Assembly (NCBI GenBank): GCA_017883165.1
Contig: JADGOC010000001.1
Coordinates: 3,252 to 67,251, forward strand
Length of the DNA stretch: 64,000 nt
Direction of reading: 5' to 3'
Source: Acidobacteriota bacterium
GTDB lineage: Bacteria > Acidobacteriota > Vicinamibacteria > Vicinamibacterales > CAVVIG01
A model generated the notes under the pieces. The model had not been told where the DNA came from. It did not search any database and saw only the letters and a program-made list of their open reading frames with translations. Positions 18,976 through 28,088 of this stretch are shown in pieces. Within the stretch, counting starts at the first letter, position 1, and the number at the start of each line of letters is the position of its first letter. Both the position numbers and the translations under genes were made by a program.

Positions 18976-19345
18976 ATGAAGAAACTGATCGTTGGCGCGA
19001 TCATCGGCGTCTGCGCGTCGACGACGTGGCAGGCGGTCACCTTCTCGCAATCACCCGCGCCGCCGCAAATCGCCTTCGACATCACGAAAGCCGATTAGGA
19101 AGCCGAGCCCGAATTACAACCTGTTGAACGGCCCCGGCGGCACGGGCACCGCCGCGCCGAACGCGTACAGCCGCACGCTCGGACCGGGCGACATCGTCAT
19201 CATTCCGCCGGGCGTGCTGCACGCCTGGAGCCAGATCGCGGATCACGTGACGTACCTGAGCGTGCGCCAGGACCCGGGCCGCGTGCTGCCGGGCGGATAC
19301 GTGAATCCCCTGCTGTTGAGGAATCAGCCGAACATCGCAAAATGA
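18976..19345 (+). pseudogene. Cupin-like gene apparently split by a +1 frameshift near 19096
   Basis: The ATG at 18976 has an AGGAGAGAG upstream and gives MKKLIVGAIIGVCASTTWQAVTFSQSPAPPQIAFDITKAD*, a signal peptide that then stops. The next frame continues ...NYNLLNGPGGTGTAAPNAYSRTLGPGDIVIIPPGVLHAWSQIADHVTYLSVRQDP, a cupin C-terminal motif, up to 19345. Confidence 0.4.
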
Positions 19346-19377
19346 GGGATCGGCGAAAAGTGAGAGATAATCAAAAA

Positions 19378-20415
19378 ATGCGTATTGCTCGTGTACTCGT
19401 GTTCGCCGCGCTGTTTGCCTCCTGCTCCACGGCCGCGCAACAGCCGAAGAAGCAGACGGCCACCGATGTCGTCGCTACCGTCGGCACCACGCCGATCACG
19501 TTGGCGCAGGTCGACGACCTGGCGCTGCAACAGCCGGCGTCGAGCTTCGGCAACCTGAAGCTGTCACAGGCGATGTTCGAGGCGCGGCGCATGGCGCTCG
19601 ACAGCCTCGTCGGCAATCTGCTCGTCGAGCAGGAAGCCAAGGCGCGTAAGCTGGACAAGGTCGCGCTCGTCGACCAGGAAGTCTCGAGCAAGATCGCGCC
19701 GCCGACAGACGAGGAGGTCGCCGCCTGGTATCAGGCGAACCAGCAGCGCGTGCAGGGCGCGACGCTCGATCAGGTGCGCGCCCCCATTCGCGCGTTTCTG
19801 GTGCAGGAACGCACGCAGGCCGCGCGGCAGGCATATCTCGACCGGCTCAAGGCGAAGACGCCGGTGAAGGTGATGCTCGAGCCGCCGCGTCAGGCCGTGA
19901 AGGCGGGCGACAGCCCGGCGAAAGGATTGGCGAGCGCGCCGATCGAGATGATCGAGTTCTCAGACTTTCAGTGTCCGTATTGCCTGCGCGCGAACCCGGT
20001 CGTCGACCAGGTGCTCGGCGCCTACGGCGACAAAATCCATTTTGTGTACCGGAACTATCCGCTCCCGAACCACCCCAACGCGCGTCCGGCCGCCGAAGCG
20101 GCGCAATGCGCCAACGAGCAGGGCAAGTTCTGGCAATATCACGATCGGCTGTTCGCGAACCCGGCCCAGCTGAGCGACGCCGACTTGAAACAGAGCGCCT
20201 CCCAACTGGGTCTGGACAGCGCGAAATTCAACGCCTGCTTCGACGGGCACAAATACAAGACCACCATCGACGCCGATATTCAGGCGGGGGACGAACTTGG
20301 CGTCTCGGGCACGCCGGCCTTCTTCATCAACGGCCGCTCCATCACGGGAGCGCAGCCGTTCGAGGAATTCAAGCGCGTGATCGACGAAGAGCTGGAGCTC
20401 AAGAAGACGCGGTAA
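19378..20415 (+). CDS. DsbA-family thiol:disulfide oxidoreductase lipoprotein with an N-terminal SurA-N-like chaperone region
   Basis: The start MRIARVLVFAALFASC is lipobox-like. The sequence FSDFQCPYCLRANP contains the CxxC active site, followed by ...NEQGKFWQYHDRLF...GVSGTPAFFINGR. Confidence 0.8.
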   Translation: MRIARVLVFAALFASCSTAAQQPKKQTATDVVATVGTTPITLAQVDDLALQQPASSFGNLKLSQAMFEARRMALDSLVGNLLVEQEAKARKLDKVALVDQEVSSKIAPPTDEEVAAWYQANQQRVQGATLDQVRAPIRAFLVQERTQAARQAYLDRLKAKTPVKVMLEPPRQAVKAGDSPAKGLASAPIEMIEFSDFQCPYCLRANPVVDQVLGAYGDKIHFVYRNYPLPNHPNARPAAEAAQCANEQGKFWQYHDRLFANPAQLSDADLKQSASQLGLDSAKFNACFDGHKYKTTIDADIQAGDELGVSGTPAFFINGRSITGAQPFEEFKRVIDEELELKKTR

Positions 20416-20438
20416 CTTCGCCGGCGAACCGAATCAGA

Positions 20439-21296
20439 TCAGCCCCTGAAGCCGACGAGGAGGGACGCCACGATCGCGAGCAGCGTGGCGGCGAGGCAGA
20501 CAACGGCACCAATCACGTGGTCGCCGCGCTCGCGCGTCAATGGATTCATGAACGCGGACGCGGCGTACCCGCCGAGGAAGCCTCCGGCGTGGGCGTAGTT
20601 GTCGACGCCGGGCATGATCAAACCGAACACGAACAGGATGACGGCGTAGCGCATCGCTTCACCGTGAATCAGGTGGCTCCCGCTCTTCCGGCCGTAATGG
20701 ACGAGCGCCCCGAGCAGCCCGAAGATCGAAGCCGACGCCCCCATCGTGTAATACGCGCCGTGGAGAATCGGAATCGGCAGGCCGGCGAGCAGGAAACCTG
20801 CGAGCGAGCTCAGAAAGAAACCGCTCACACCGGCTATCGTGTAGATGATCACCGTGCGCGCCGGCCCCACGACGTCGGCGGTGGCCGGGCCAAGTTGCCG
20901 CACCCACATCATGTTGAACAGGATGTGCAGGAGACTGCCGTGTATCCATGACGCGCTCAGCAGCGTCCACCAGCGGCCCTGCAGAAATACCGGAATGGCG
21001 CCGCTCATGCCGAAGACGAGCAACGCTCTCGAGCTCGGCACGAGAATGTTCATGCCGCCGCTGAAAACGGAGACCTCGGATCCCGACGCCAGCAGCGTCA
21101 GCACATAGATCGTCGAGGAGGTGCCGATCACGATCGGCACGAAGCCGAGATCGGCGCCGAACTGCCGCAGCATCGGCGCGAATCCCCAGAGCCCCGGGTT
21201 CGCGCGGCCGCAGGAATAGCACTTGTCGTCGCGGACGCCGACGAGCGATCCGCACGAAGGACAGACGACCGATCCGGTGGTTTTGCGACTCAACAC
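20439..21296 (-). CDS. Rhomboid-family intramembrane serine protease with an N-terminal zinc ribbon
   Basis: The N-terminus carries CPSCGSL...CYSCGR. Rhomboid motifs are WWTLLSASWIHGSLLHILFNM and GASASIFG (GxSxxxF catalytic Ser), followed by ...AHAGGFLGG. Confidence 0.85.
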   Translation of the reverse strand: MLSRKTTGSVVCPSCGSLVGVRDDKCYSCGRANPGLWGFAPMLRQFGADLGFVPIVIGTSSTIYVLTLLASGSEVSVFSGGMNILVPSSRALLVFGMSGAIPVFLQGRWWTLLSASWIHGSLLHILFNMMWVRQLGPATADVVGPARTVIIYTIAGVSGFFLSSLAGFLLAGLPIPILHGAYYTMGASASIFGLLGALVHYGRKSGSHLIHGEAMRYAVILFVFGLIMPGVDNYAHAGGFLGGYAASAFMNPLTRERGDHVIGAVVCLAATLLAIVASLLVGFRG

Positions 21297-21325
21297 GAGG
21301 ACGATAATACTCCGAGGGGCCAGCC

Positions 21326-23182
21326 CTATTCCGTCTTCTTCGGCCTCATGTTCGCGGAGAGGATTCTCTTGCGCAGCCGGATACTCGTCGGCGTCACCTC
21401 CACCAGCTCATCGTCGTTGATGAACTCGATCGCCTGCTCGAGGCCGAGGCGGCGCGGCGGGATGAGGCGGATCGCTTCGTCGGCGGACGAGGCGCGCATG
21501 TTGGTCTGCTTCTTTTCCTTGGTCACGTTGACGTCCATGTCGGCCGGCCGTGAATTCTCGCCGATGATCATGCCCTCGTAGACGTTGGTGACGGGGTCGA
21601 TGAAGATTTCGCCGCGCTCCTGCAGGTTGAAGATCGCGTAGGACGTGGCCACGCCCGAACGGTCGGCCACCAGCGCGCCGTTCACCCGCGACGGAATGGC
21701 GCCGTGCCACGGCTCCCAGCTCGAGAAGATGTGGTTCATGATGCCGGTGCCCTTCGTGTCGGTCATGAACTGCGAACGGAAGCCGATGAGGCCGCGCGCG
21801 GGAATGCGGAACTCCAGCCGCACGCGCCCGCTGCCATTGTTGACCATCTTCGTCATCACGCCCTTGCGCTCGCCGACCTGCGCGATGACAATGCCCTGGT
21901 GATCTTCGGGCACGTCGATGACCAGCTCCTCAACCGGTTCGACGATGACGCCCTTTAGATTCTTGGTCACGATGTCGGGCCGCGAGACCTGCAGCTCGAA
22001 CCCCTCGCGCCGCATCATTTCGATGAGAATCGACAGCTGCAGCTCGCCGCGGCCGACCACCTTCATCTGCTCCGGCGTGTCGGTCGGCTCGACGCGGATC
22101 GACACGTTCCCCAGCAGCTCGCGCTCGAGCCGGTCTTTCAACTGGCGCGACGTGACGAACTGGCCGTCCCGGCCCGCCACCGGCGACGTGTTGACGCCGA
22201 AAATCATCGACACGGTGGGCTCGTCGATCGCGGTCGGCGGAATCGCGATCTGGTGCTCCATGTCGGTGATGGTCTCACCGATCGTGATGTCCTCGATCCC
22301 CGCGAGGCAGACGATGTCGCCGGCGGACGCCTCCAGAATGTCCACGCGCTTCAGGCCGTCGAAGGCCAGGAGCTTGGTGACCTTCGTGTGCTGAACGGCG
22401 GTATCGAGCTTCACCACCGCAACGGCGTCGCCGATCTTCACGCGGCCATTGAAGATCCGGCCGATCGCGATGCGTCCGAGGTAGTCGCTCGAATCCAGGT
22501 TGGCGACCAGGAGCTGCAGCGGCGCGTCCGGATTGCCGCGCGGCGGCGGCACGTGCTTGACCACCGCATCGAACAGAGGCCGGAGGTCCTCCCCCGCCAC
22601 TTCGGGGTCCAGCGTCGCCGTGCCGGTGCGCGCGTTGGTGTACAGCACCGGAAAATCGAGCTGATCCTCGTTGGCATCGAGATCGATGAACAGGTCGTAG
22701 ATCTCGTTGAGGACTTCCGGCGTGCGGGCGTCAGGCCGGTCGATCTTGTTGATGACGACGATGGGCGTCAAGCGGCGCTCGAGGGCCTTCCGCAGGACGA
22801 ATCGGGTCTGCGGCAGCGGTCCCTCGGACGCGTCGACGAGCAGCATCACGCCATCCACCATCGACAAGGTGCGCTCGACCTCGCCGCCGAAATCGGCGTG
22901 GCCCGGCGTGTCGACGATGTTGATCAGCATGTCGTGGTAGTGCACGGCCGTGTTCTTGGCCATGATCGTGATGCCGCGCTCGCGCTCCAGCTCGTTGCTG
23001 TCCATCGCCCGCTCGGCGACGCGCTCGTTCGCGCGGAAGACGCCGCTCTGGCGCAGCAGCGCATCGACCAGCGTCGTCTTGCCGTGATCGACGTGCGCGA
23101 TGATGGCGACGTTGCGCCGGAGCGGATTCGCGATGTCGGGCCGAGCGGCAGGCACAGGTGACTCTTCCAGGGACGAAGGCAT
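21326..23182 (-). CDS. typA: Translational GTPase TypA/BipA
   Basis: GTPase motifs are [32 protein letters not shown] and NKIDR. The product is 618 aa. Confidence 0.95.
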   Translation of the reverse strand: MPSSLEESPVPAARPDIANPLRRNVAIIAHVDHGKTTLVDALLRQSGVFRANERVAERAMDSNELERERGITIMAKNTAVHYHDMLINIVDTPGHADFGGEVERTLSMVDGVMLLVDASEGPLPQTRFVLRKALERRLTPIVVINKIDRPDARTPEVLNEIYDLFIDLDANEDQLDFPVLYTNARTGTATLDPEVAGEDLRPLFDAVVKHVPPPRGNPDAPLQLLVANLDSSDYLGRIAIGRIFNGRVKIGDAVAVVKLDTAVQHTKVTKLLAFDGLKRVDILEASAGDIVCLAGIEDITIGETITDMEHQIAIPPTAIDEPTVSMIFGVNTSPVAGRDGQFVTSRQLKDRLERELLGNVSIRVEPTDTPEQMKVVGRGELQLSILIEMMRREGFELQVSRPDIVTKNLKGVIVEPVEELVIDVPEDHQGIVIAQVGERKGVMTKMVNNGSGRVRLEFRIPARGLIGFRSQFMTDTKGTGIMNHIFSSWEPWHGAIPSRVNGALVADRSGVATSYAIFNLQERGEIFIDPVTNVYEGMIIGENSRPADMDVNVTKEKKQTNMRASSADEAIRLIPPRRLGLEQAIEFINDDELVEVTPTSIRLRKRILSANMRPKKTE

Positions 23183-23197
23183 CCTCTCAGTATACAG

Positions 23198-24790
23198 CTA
23201 CTTCACGAGCCTGCTCAGTAGTTCACGCGCGCGCTCGCCGAATTGCTCATCGTCGCTCACCTTCTCCGCGTACTGCCGTGCTTGCGTGTTCTGCGACAGA
23301 TTGAAGTACCCGACGGCGGTATTGAACCACGACGTCGCGAGCCTCCGCGTTTCGATGACGAGCTGCCGTTCGCGCCTGGCGATCTTCTGCGCCTTCCGTT
23401 CCGGCGGTGTGTTCGACGCCTGGATCGTCGCGATCTCCTGCGTGATCTGCTGGCGCGAGCGTTCCAGGCAGCTCGCCGCGGTGACGAAGACGTCGACAGT
23501 GGGCTGCCAGAGCTTCAGCTCCGCGTTGACGAGACCGAGATAGAAACCGGTCTCGCAGTCGTCGCCGTTCATCTTCCGGCCTTCTTCGAATTTCGCGCGC
23601 GAGACGTCCAGCTCGTGGCGCCGGTAGGCGATGATGCCGGCGAGCTTGGCGACGTCGGCCGTTATCAGCAGTTTCGAGGCGCTCTGGATGTCGGTCCACG
23701 CCTGATCGTTGCGATCGAGCTGCATGTCGTTCCAGGCCCGCCAGTAGAGCGCTTCGCCGCGATACCAGGGCCCCTGCAGCATCGCGTCGGCGGCCTGAAT
23801 CGCGTCCTCGTAGCGGGTGAGATAACTGAGCGCGCGCAGACGGCCGAACAGCGCATCGTGATACGCCGGCGACAGCTCCAGCGTCTTCTGATAGAAGTCG
23901 AGCGCGCCGTCGAAGTCTTCGGCGGTGAGCGCGACGCTCGCGAGGGCGAGCGTCACGGCCGGCCACCTCGGATGCCACGCGTAGATGCGACGGAGATCGG
24001 CGTCGGCGTCCTCAAGATGGCCCAGCGTGATCGAGCGCACGCCCGCCAGATAGCCGACTTCGACGAATCGCGGCTCGCGCCGCGCAACGTCGACGATCGC
24101 GTCGGCGTCCATCGCCGCGGGAGCCCGGCCCGGTGGTCGCGGCCCGACACAGGTCGCCATCTTGTAGGCGACGAGGGGCGCGTCGCGGAACGCCGCGAAC
24201 GGCGCCGTAAGGTCGTCCGGGGCAGTCTGCATCAACCGCGCGGACTCGCCCGTCGCGCACGCGACGGTCAGCCACAAGTAGGCCGAGAACTCGCTCTCGC
24301 CGGCGTGCGCGCGAAAGAGTGCGTGCCACGCGTCGCGGTTGCTGGCCAGTCGCATCATCGCCGCAAGCTGCGCATCGTCGACGACGCCGCGCCAGGCCAT
24401 CGCACCGATCATGTCGAGCGAGGGCGAAAGCTGCGTGAGGAGGGCGTCGTGATCGGCGAGCAGCGTCCGCGCGCGCGCGAGATACCCGTCGTCGGACATC
24501 CCGAGCTCGCGCTCGCGAAGATCGAGCAGCAGCGCGGAACGGACCGCTCCCGCGGTGGCGGCGTCGACGGTCGCGGCGTCGGCGCGGGCGGTGGTGCGAA
24601 CGGCGTCGTACTCGCGGAAGGCGTCGGTCAGGCAGTCGAAGCAGCCGACGCGAAGGAGGGCGTCGGCGGCCGCAAGCCGGGACCGCAGGTCAGGCGTGTG
24701 CGCGACGGGCGCCCTGGCGGGGGCGGACGCGCAGCCGAACGCCGCGAACAACATGATGCTCGCGGCTGGCGACATCCACCACTGGCGCAT
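23198..24790 (-). CDS. TPR-repeat lipoprotein, function unknown
   Basis: The N-terminus is MLFAAFGCASAP, which is lipobox-like. The C-terminal half has TPR-like repeats (ALDFYQKTLELSPAYHDALFGRLRAL..., ALYWRAWNDMQL...). Confidence 0.7.
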   Translation of the reverse strand: MRQWWMSPAASIMLFAAFGCASAPARAPVAHTPDLRSRLAAADALLRVGCFDCLTDAFREYDAVRTTARADAATVDAATAGAVRSALLLDLRERELGMSDDGYLARARTLLADHDALLTQLSPSLDMIGAMAWRGVVDDAQLAAMMRLASNRDAWHALFRAHAGESEFSAYLWLTVACATGESARLMQTAPDDLTAPFAAFRDAPLVAYKMATCVGPRPPGRAPAAMDADAIVDVARREPRFVEVGYLAGVRSITLGHLEDADADLRRIYAWHPRWPAVTLALASVALTAEDFDGALDFYQKTLELSPAYHDALFGRLRALSYLTRYEDAIQAADAMLQGPWYRGEALYWRAWNDMQLDRNDQAWTDIQSASKLLITADVAKLAGIIAYRRHELDVSRAKFEEGRKMNGDDCETGFYLGLVNAELKLWQPTVDVFVTAASCLERSRQQITQEIATIQASNTPPERKAQKIARRERQLVIETRRLATSWFNTAVGYFNLSQNTQARQYAEKVSDDEQFGERARELLSRLVK

Positions 24791-24839
24791 GGCTCCCCCT
24801 GGGAGCGATTAGACACCAACCGGGAGAAAACGGGCGGTC

Positions 24840-25298
24840 CTATTTCACAGGGTGGACGAGCGGCGCGAGCCCTGCGTACGAGAAGAACTTGAAGTGCGGC
24901 GACGTCTCGTTGTGGCACGACGTGCACACCTCTTCCGCGGGCTTGCGCGTGATCGCGCCCGGCTTGGCGGCGCCCGACGCGGCCGCGGCGATGTGAGCCT
25001 TCCCGGCGCCGTGACAGCCTTCACACTGGATGCCCGCATTGACGTTTTTCTCGGCCAGCTCGGTCGCGCCGGTCACGTGGCAGCGGACGCACTTGCCCGG
25101 TTCGCGCTCCGACTCCGACAGCCGGCCGATCGCGTTGGCGTGCTTGGTCTTCTCCCAGGCGGCGTACTCGGCCTTGTGGCAGTCCTTGCAGGCAGCCGCC
25201 CACACATAGTCGTCCGACGGCTTCGCGTTTTGCGCCGCCGCGACACCCGTGAACATCATGAACACCAGCGCCGCGCGTAACGTATGTGGCAACAGCAT
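24840..25298 (-). CDS. Secreted tetraheme c-type cytochrome
   Basis: The ATG at 25298 has a GGAGAGGGAGG upstream, and the product has a signal peptide (MLLPHTLRAALVFMMFTGVAAA). It contains four CxxCH motifs: CKDCH, CVRCH, CEGCH and CTSCH. Confidence 0.85.
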   Translation of the reverse strand: MLLPHTLRAALVFMMFTGVAAAQNAKPSDDYVWAAACKDCHKAEYAAWEKTKHANAIGRLSESEREPGKCVRCHVTGATELAEKNVNAGIQCEGCHGAGKAHIAAAASGAAKPGAITRKPAEEVCTSCHNETSPHFKFFSYAGLAPLVHPVK

Positions 25299-25406
25299 GC
25301 CGACCTCCCTCTCCTGAGTCGTATCAGGGACGGGCAAGGCCGGTGCCACGCGTTTTACGGCACACAACAGCACGACGGATCGCCAGACCGCCGGTTTTTC
25401 GGCACG

Positions 25407-26513
25407 TCAGTTCGGTTTGACCAGCGCCTTGGGCAGCCGCATGGCCTCAGCGTCGGCGAGCGCCTGGTTCACCTCGGCAAGACCGTAGGTGCGCGCGCCG
25501 ATGGCGCGCCAGGGAATGTTGGCGTGATGGCGCTCGAGGATGCCCAGCGCTCGAACGAAGTGGCCGACCTCGCTCCCCCAGCAGCCGCGAATCTCGAGGT
25601 GCTTGCGGTTGATCTGCTGGTGCACGTTGATTGCGCTCGGGCCGGCGTCGGTGTAGTGCCCGGCGATCACGTAGCGTCCGCCGTCACGAATCAGATCGAG
25701 CGCCTCCTCGACGGCGCGCGCCGACCCGGCCGCCTCGATGGCGACATCCACGCCGAGGCCGCTGGTAAGATCGCGGATCAGTTCGCGACGCTGCGCGGGA
25801 TTGGTGGCCGCGACGTCGATCGTCACGTCGGCGCCCATCGCGCGCGCGAGCTCGAGCCGATCGGCCGGCGCGCCAATCGCGATCACGCGCGCCGCGCCCG
25901 CCAGCCGTGCCAGGGCGATCGCGCTCAACCCGACCGCGCCGGTGCCCTGCACGAGCACCGTGTCGCCGAGCGAGAGCGCCGCGCGATCGATGATGTGCAC
26001 CGCGGTGATGAGTCCGCAGCCGCCGCCGATGTAGGTTTCCGAGGGCACGACGTCCGGCAGCCGCGCGACGGAGACGCCGGGTTCGATGTAGATCGCCTGA
26101 GACCATCCACCGAACAGCCCTTCGCTCGCCGGGTCCGAGATGCCGTAGACGCGGCGATGCTCGCAGCGGGTCGGTGTGCGCGTCACGGTGCAGGCGCGGC
26201 AGTGGCCGCACGTGCGGTGCACGTCGAAGAACACCAGCCGGTCCCCTTCGCGCACCGGCGTTCCGTCGACGGCGATGAGATCGCCTCGGACTTTGTCGGC
26301 GATCCCAATCGAGACATGCCCCGGAATGATCGGATACGGCACGCCGGCCAGTCGGCCGTGCCACAGGTGGACGTCGGTGCCGCACACTTCAGAATAGAGC
26401 GTGCGCAGCAGCGCCGAGCCCGGCACGAGCGCCGGCTCCGGGAACTCGCGCAGCTCGACCGGCACGTGGGGCGCAGGCATGACGGCGGCGAGGACAGACA
26501 CGTGAATTCCCAA
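25407..26513 (-). CDS. Zinc-dependent medium-chain alcohol dehydrogenase/reductase family protein
   Basis: Motifs are EVCGTDVHLWHG (catalytic Zn), the C-rich structural Zn loop (CGHCRACTV) and GTGAVGL (Rossmann fold). The start is ambiguous: TTG 26513, GTG 26501 or ATG 26480. Confidence 0.85.
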   Translation of the reverse strand: MGIHVSVLAAVMPAPHVPVELREFPEPALVPGSALLRTLYSEVCGTDVHLWHGRLAGVPYPIIPGHVSIGIADKVRGDLIAVDGTPVREGDRLVFFDVHRTCGHCRACTVTRTPTRCEHRRVYGISDPASEGLFGGWSQAIYIEPGVSVARLPDVVPSETYIGGGCGLITAVHIIDRAALSLGDTVLVQGTGAVGLSAIALARLAGAARVIAIGAPADRLELARAMGADVTIDVAATNPAQRRELIRDLTSGLGVDVAIEAAGSARAVEEALDLIRDGGRYVIAGHYTDAGPSAINVHQQINRKHLEIRGCWGSEVGHFVRALGILERHHANIPWRAIGARTYGLAEVNQALADAEAMRLPKALVKPN

Positions 26514-26538
26514 TTCTAACTTCCTAATTCTGAATTAC
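26504..26538. repeat. Five degenerate tandem heptamers NAATTCY (GAATTCC CAATTCT AACTTCC TAATTCT GAATTAC)
   Basis: Read directly in the AT-rich divergent spacer between the ADH gene and the zinc-ribbon gene. Confidence 0.7.
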
Positions 26539-26551
26539 ACTGGTTCTCACC

Positions 26552-26779
26552 ATGCCTCTTTTTGAATACGAATGCCGTGGATGCGGGAAGCAGTTCGAAT
26601 TCCTGACGCGAGAAGGCCAGGCGCCGGCGTGCCCCTCGTGCAAGGGCGCCGATCTGCAGAAGCGGCTATCGGCCTTCGCCGTCGGCGCCAACGGCAGGTC
26701 CAGCGCGACGGGCGAGTCGTTCGGGCCGTGTGGCTCGTGCGGCGACCCGCGCGGGCCCGGCTCGTGCTCCATGAACTAG
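26552..26779 (+). CDS. FmdB-family zinc-ribbon protein
   Basis: MPLFEYECRGCGKQFEFL...CPSCKG is the canonical CxxC...CxxC zinc ribbon. The tail is Gly/Cys-rich. Confidence 0.8.
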   Translation: MPLFEYECRGCGKQFEFLTREGQAPACPSCKGADLQKRLSAFAVGANGRSSATGESFGPCGSCGDPRGPGSCSMN

Positions 26780-26807
26780 CCGCAACCCCGACCTCCGCCG
26801 TTTTACC

Positions 26808-28088
26808 GTGGCGCACTTTCTTCGATCATTCCGTCACCGCAACTACCAGCTCTTCTTCGGCGGACAGCTCATCTCGCTCACCGGCACCTGGATGCAGCAG
26901 ATCGCCCAGTCGTGGCTGGTGTACCGGCTGACCCGGTCCGCCGGCCTGCTCGGCCTCGTCTCCTTCGCCGGCCAGATTCCGGTCTTCGTGCTCGCGGCGA
27001 TCGGCGGCGCCGTGGCCGACCGCGTCAACCGCCACCGCATCATCGTCTGGACGCAGACGCTGTCGATGGTGCTCGCCTTCATCCTCGCTACGCTGACGCT
27101 CTCCGGCGCGATCCGGGTGTGGCACCTCTTCGTCCTTGCGGCGCTCCTGGGCGTCGTCAATGCCTTTGATATTCCGGCTCGGCAGGCGTTCATGGTGGAC
27201 ATGGTCGGCCGCGAGGACCTGATGAACGCCATCGCGCTCAATTCCTCGATGTTCAACGGCGCGCGCGTGGTCGGTCCGGCGATCGCCGGCGGCGTCGTCG
27301 CGTGGGTCGGCGAGGGGTGGTGCTTCTTCCTGAACGGCGTCAGCTATGTCGCGGTGATCATCGGCCTCCTGCTGATGCGGCTCGAGCACGTGCGCCGCGC
27401 GGTGCGTTCGGGCCGATCGGCGGCCGGTGACGTCGTCGACGGCTTTCGCTTCGTGGGCCGCACCGCGCCGGTGCTCACGCTCCTGCTGCTGCTCGGCGTC
27501 GTCAGTCTGACGGCGATGCCCTACGCGGTCCTCATGCCGGTGTTCGCCGACCAGATTCTTCACGGCGGCGCCGCGGGGCTCGGGTTACTGACGGGCGCGT
27601 CCGGCGTCGGCGCGCTCGGCGGCGCGTTGAGCCTGGCGTTGCGCCGCGGGGTCAAGGGGCTCGGCACGTGGGTCGCCGTCTCGACGTTCGCGTTCGGCGT
27701 GGCGCTCTTGCTCTTCGCCTGGTCGCACAGCTTCTGGCTGTCGGCGGCGCTGCTCGTGCCGGTCGGCGCGGCGATGATGGTGCAGATGGCGGCGTCGAAC
27801 ACGCTGATTCAGGCGATGGTGCCCGATCACCTGCGCGGGCGTGTGATGGCCGTCTATTCGATGATGTTCATGGGGATGGCGCCGTTCGGGGCGCTCTTCG
27901 CGGGGTGGATGGCCGAGCGCGCCGGCGCACCGCGCACGGTCGCCGTCGGCGGTGCCATCTGCATCGGCGCCGCGATCGCCTTCCGGCTGCGCCTGCCGGC
28001 CATTCGCGGCGAAGCGCGGGAGCTCATCATCGCGCAGGGCCTCGCCGGCGGCGATCCCGCGTCTCTACCTCTTCTTCACCGGCGCTGA
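26808..28088 (+). CDS. MFS transporter (EntS/MFS_3-like)
   Basis: The 426-aa product has about 12 TM segments. N-terminal motifs are FRHRNYQLFFGGQLISLTGTWMQ and ...GGAVADRVNRHR. Confidence 0.85.
   Translation: MAHFLRSFRHRNYQLFFGGQLISLTGTWMQQIAQSWLVYRLTRSAGLLGLVSFAGQIPVFVLAAIGGAVADRVNRHRIIVWTQTLSMVLAFILATLTLSGAIRVWHLFVLAALLGVVNAFDIPARQAFMVDMVGREDLMNAIALNSSMFNGARVVGPAIAGGVVAWVGEGWCFFLNGVSYVAVIIGLLLMRLEHVRRAVRSGRSAAGDVVDGFRFVGRTAPVLTLLLLLGVVSLTAMPYAVLMPVFADQILHGGAAGLGLLTGASGVGALGGALSLALRRGVKGLGTWVAVSTFAFGVALLLFAWSHSFWLSAALLVPVGAAMMVQMAASNTLIQAMVPDHLRGRVMAVYSMMFMGMAPFGALFAGWMAERAGAPRTVAVGGAICIGAAIAFRLRLPAIRGEARELIIAQGLAGGDPASLPLLHRR

Noticed and set aside
20417-20428. The palindrome TTCGCCGGCGAA between the convergent dsbA-like and rhomboid genes, considered as a bidirectional terminator.
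   Set aside because: It has zero-length loop geometry, with at best a 4-bp stem, and no T-tracts. That is too weak to call.
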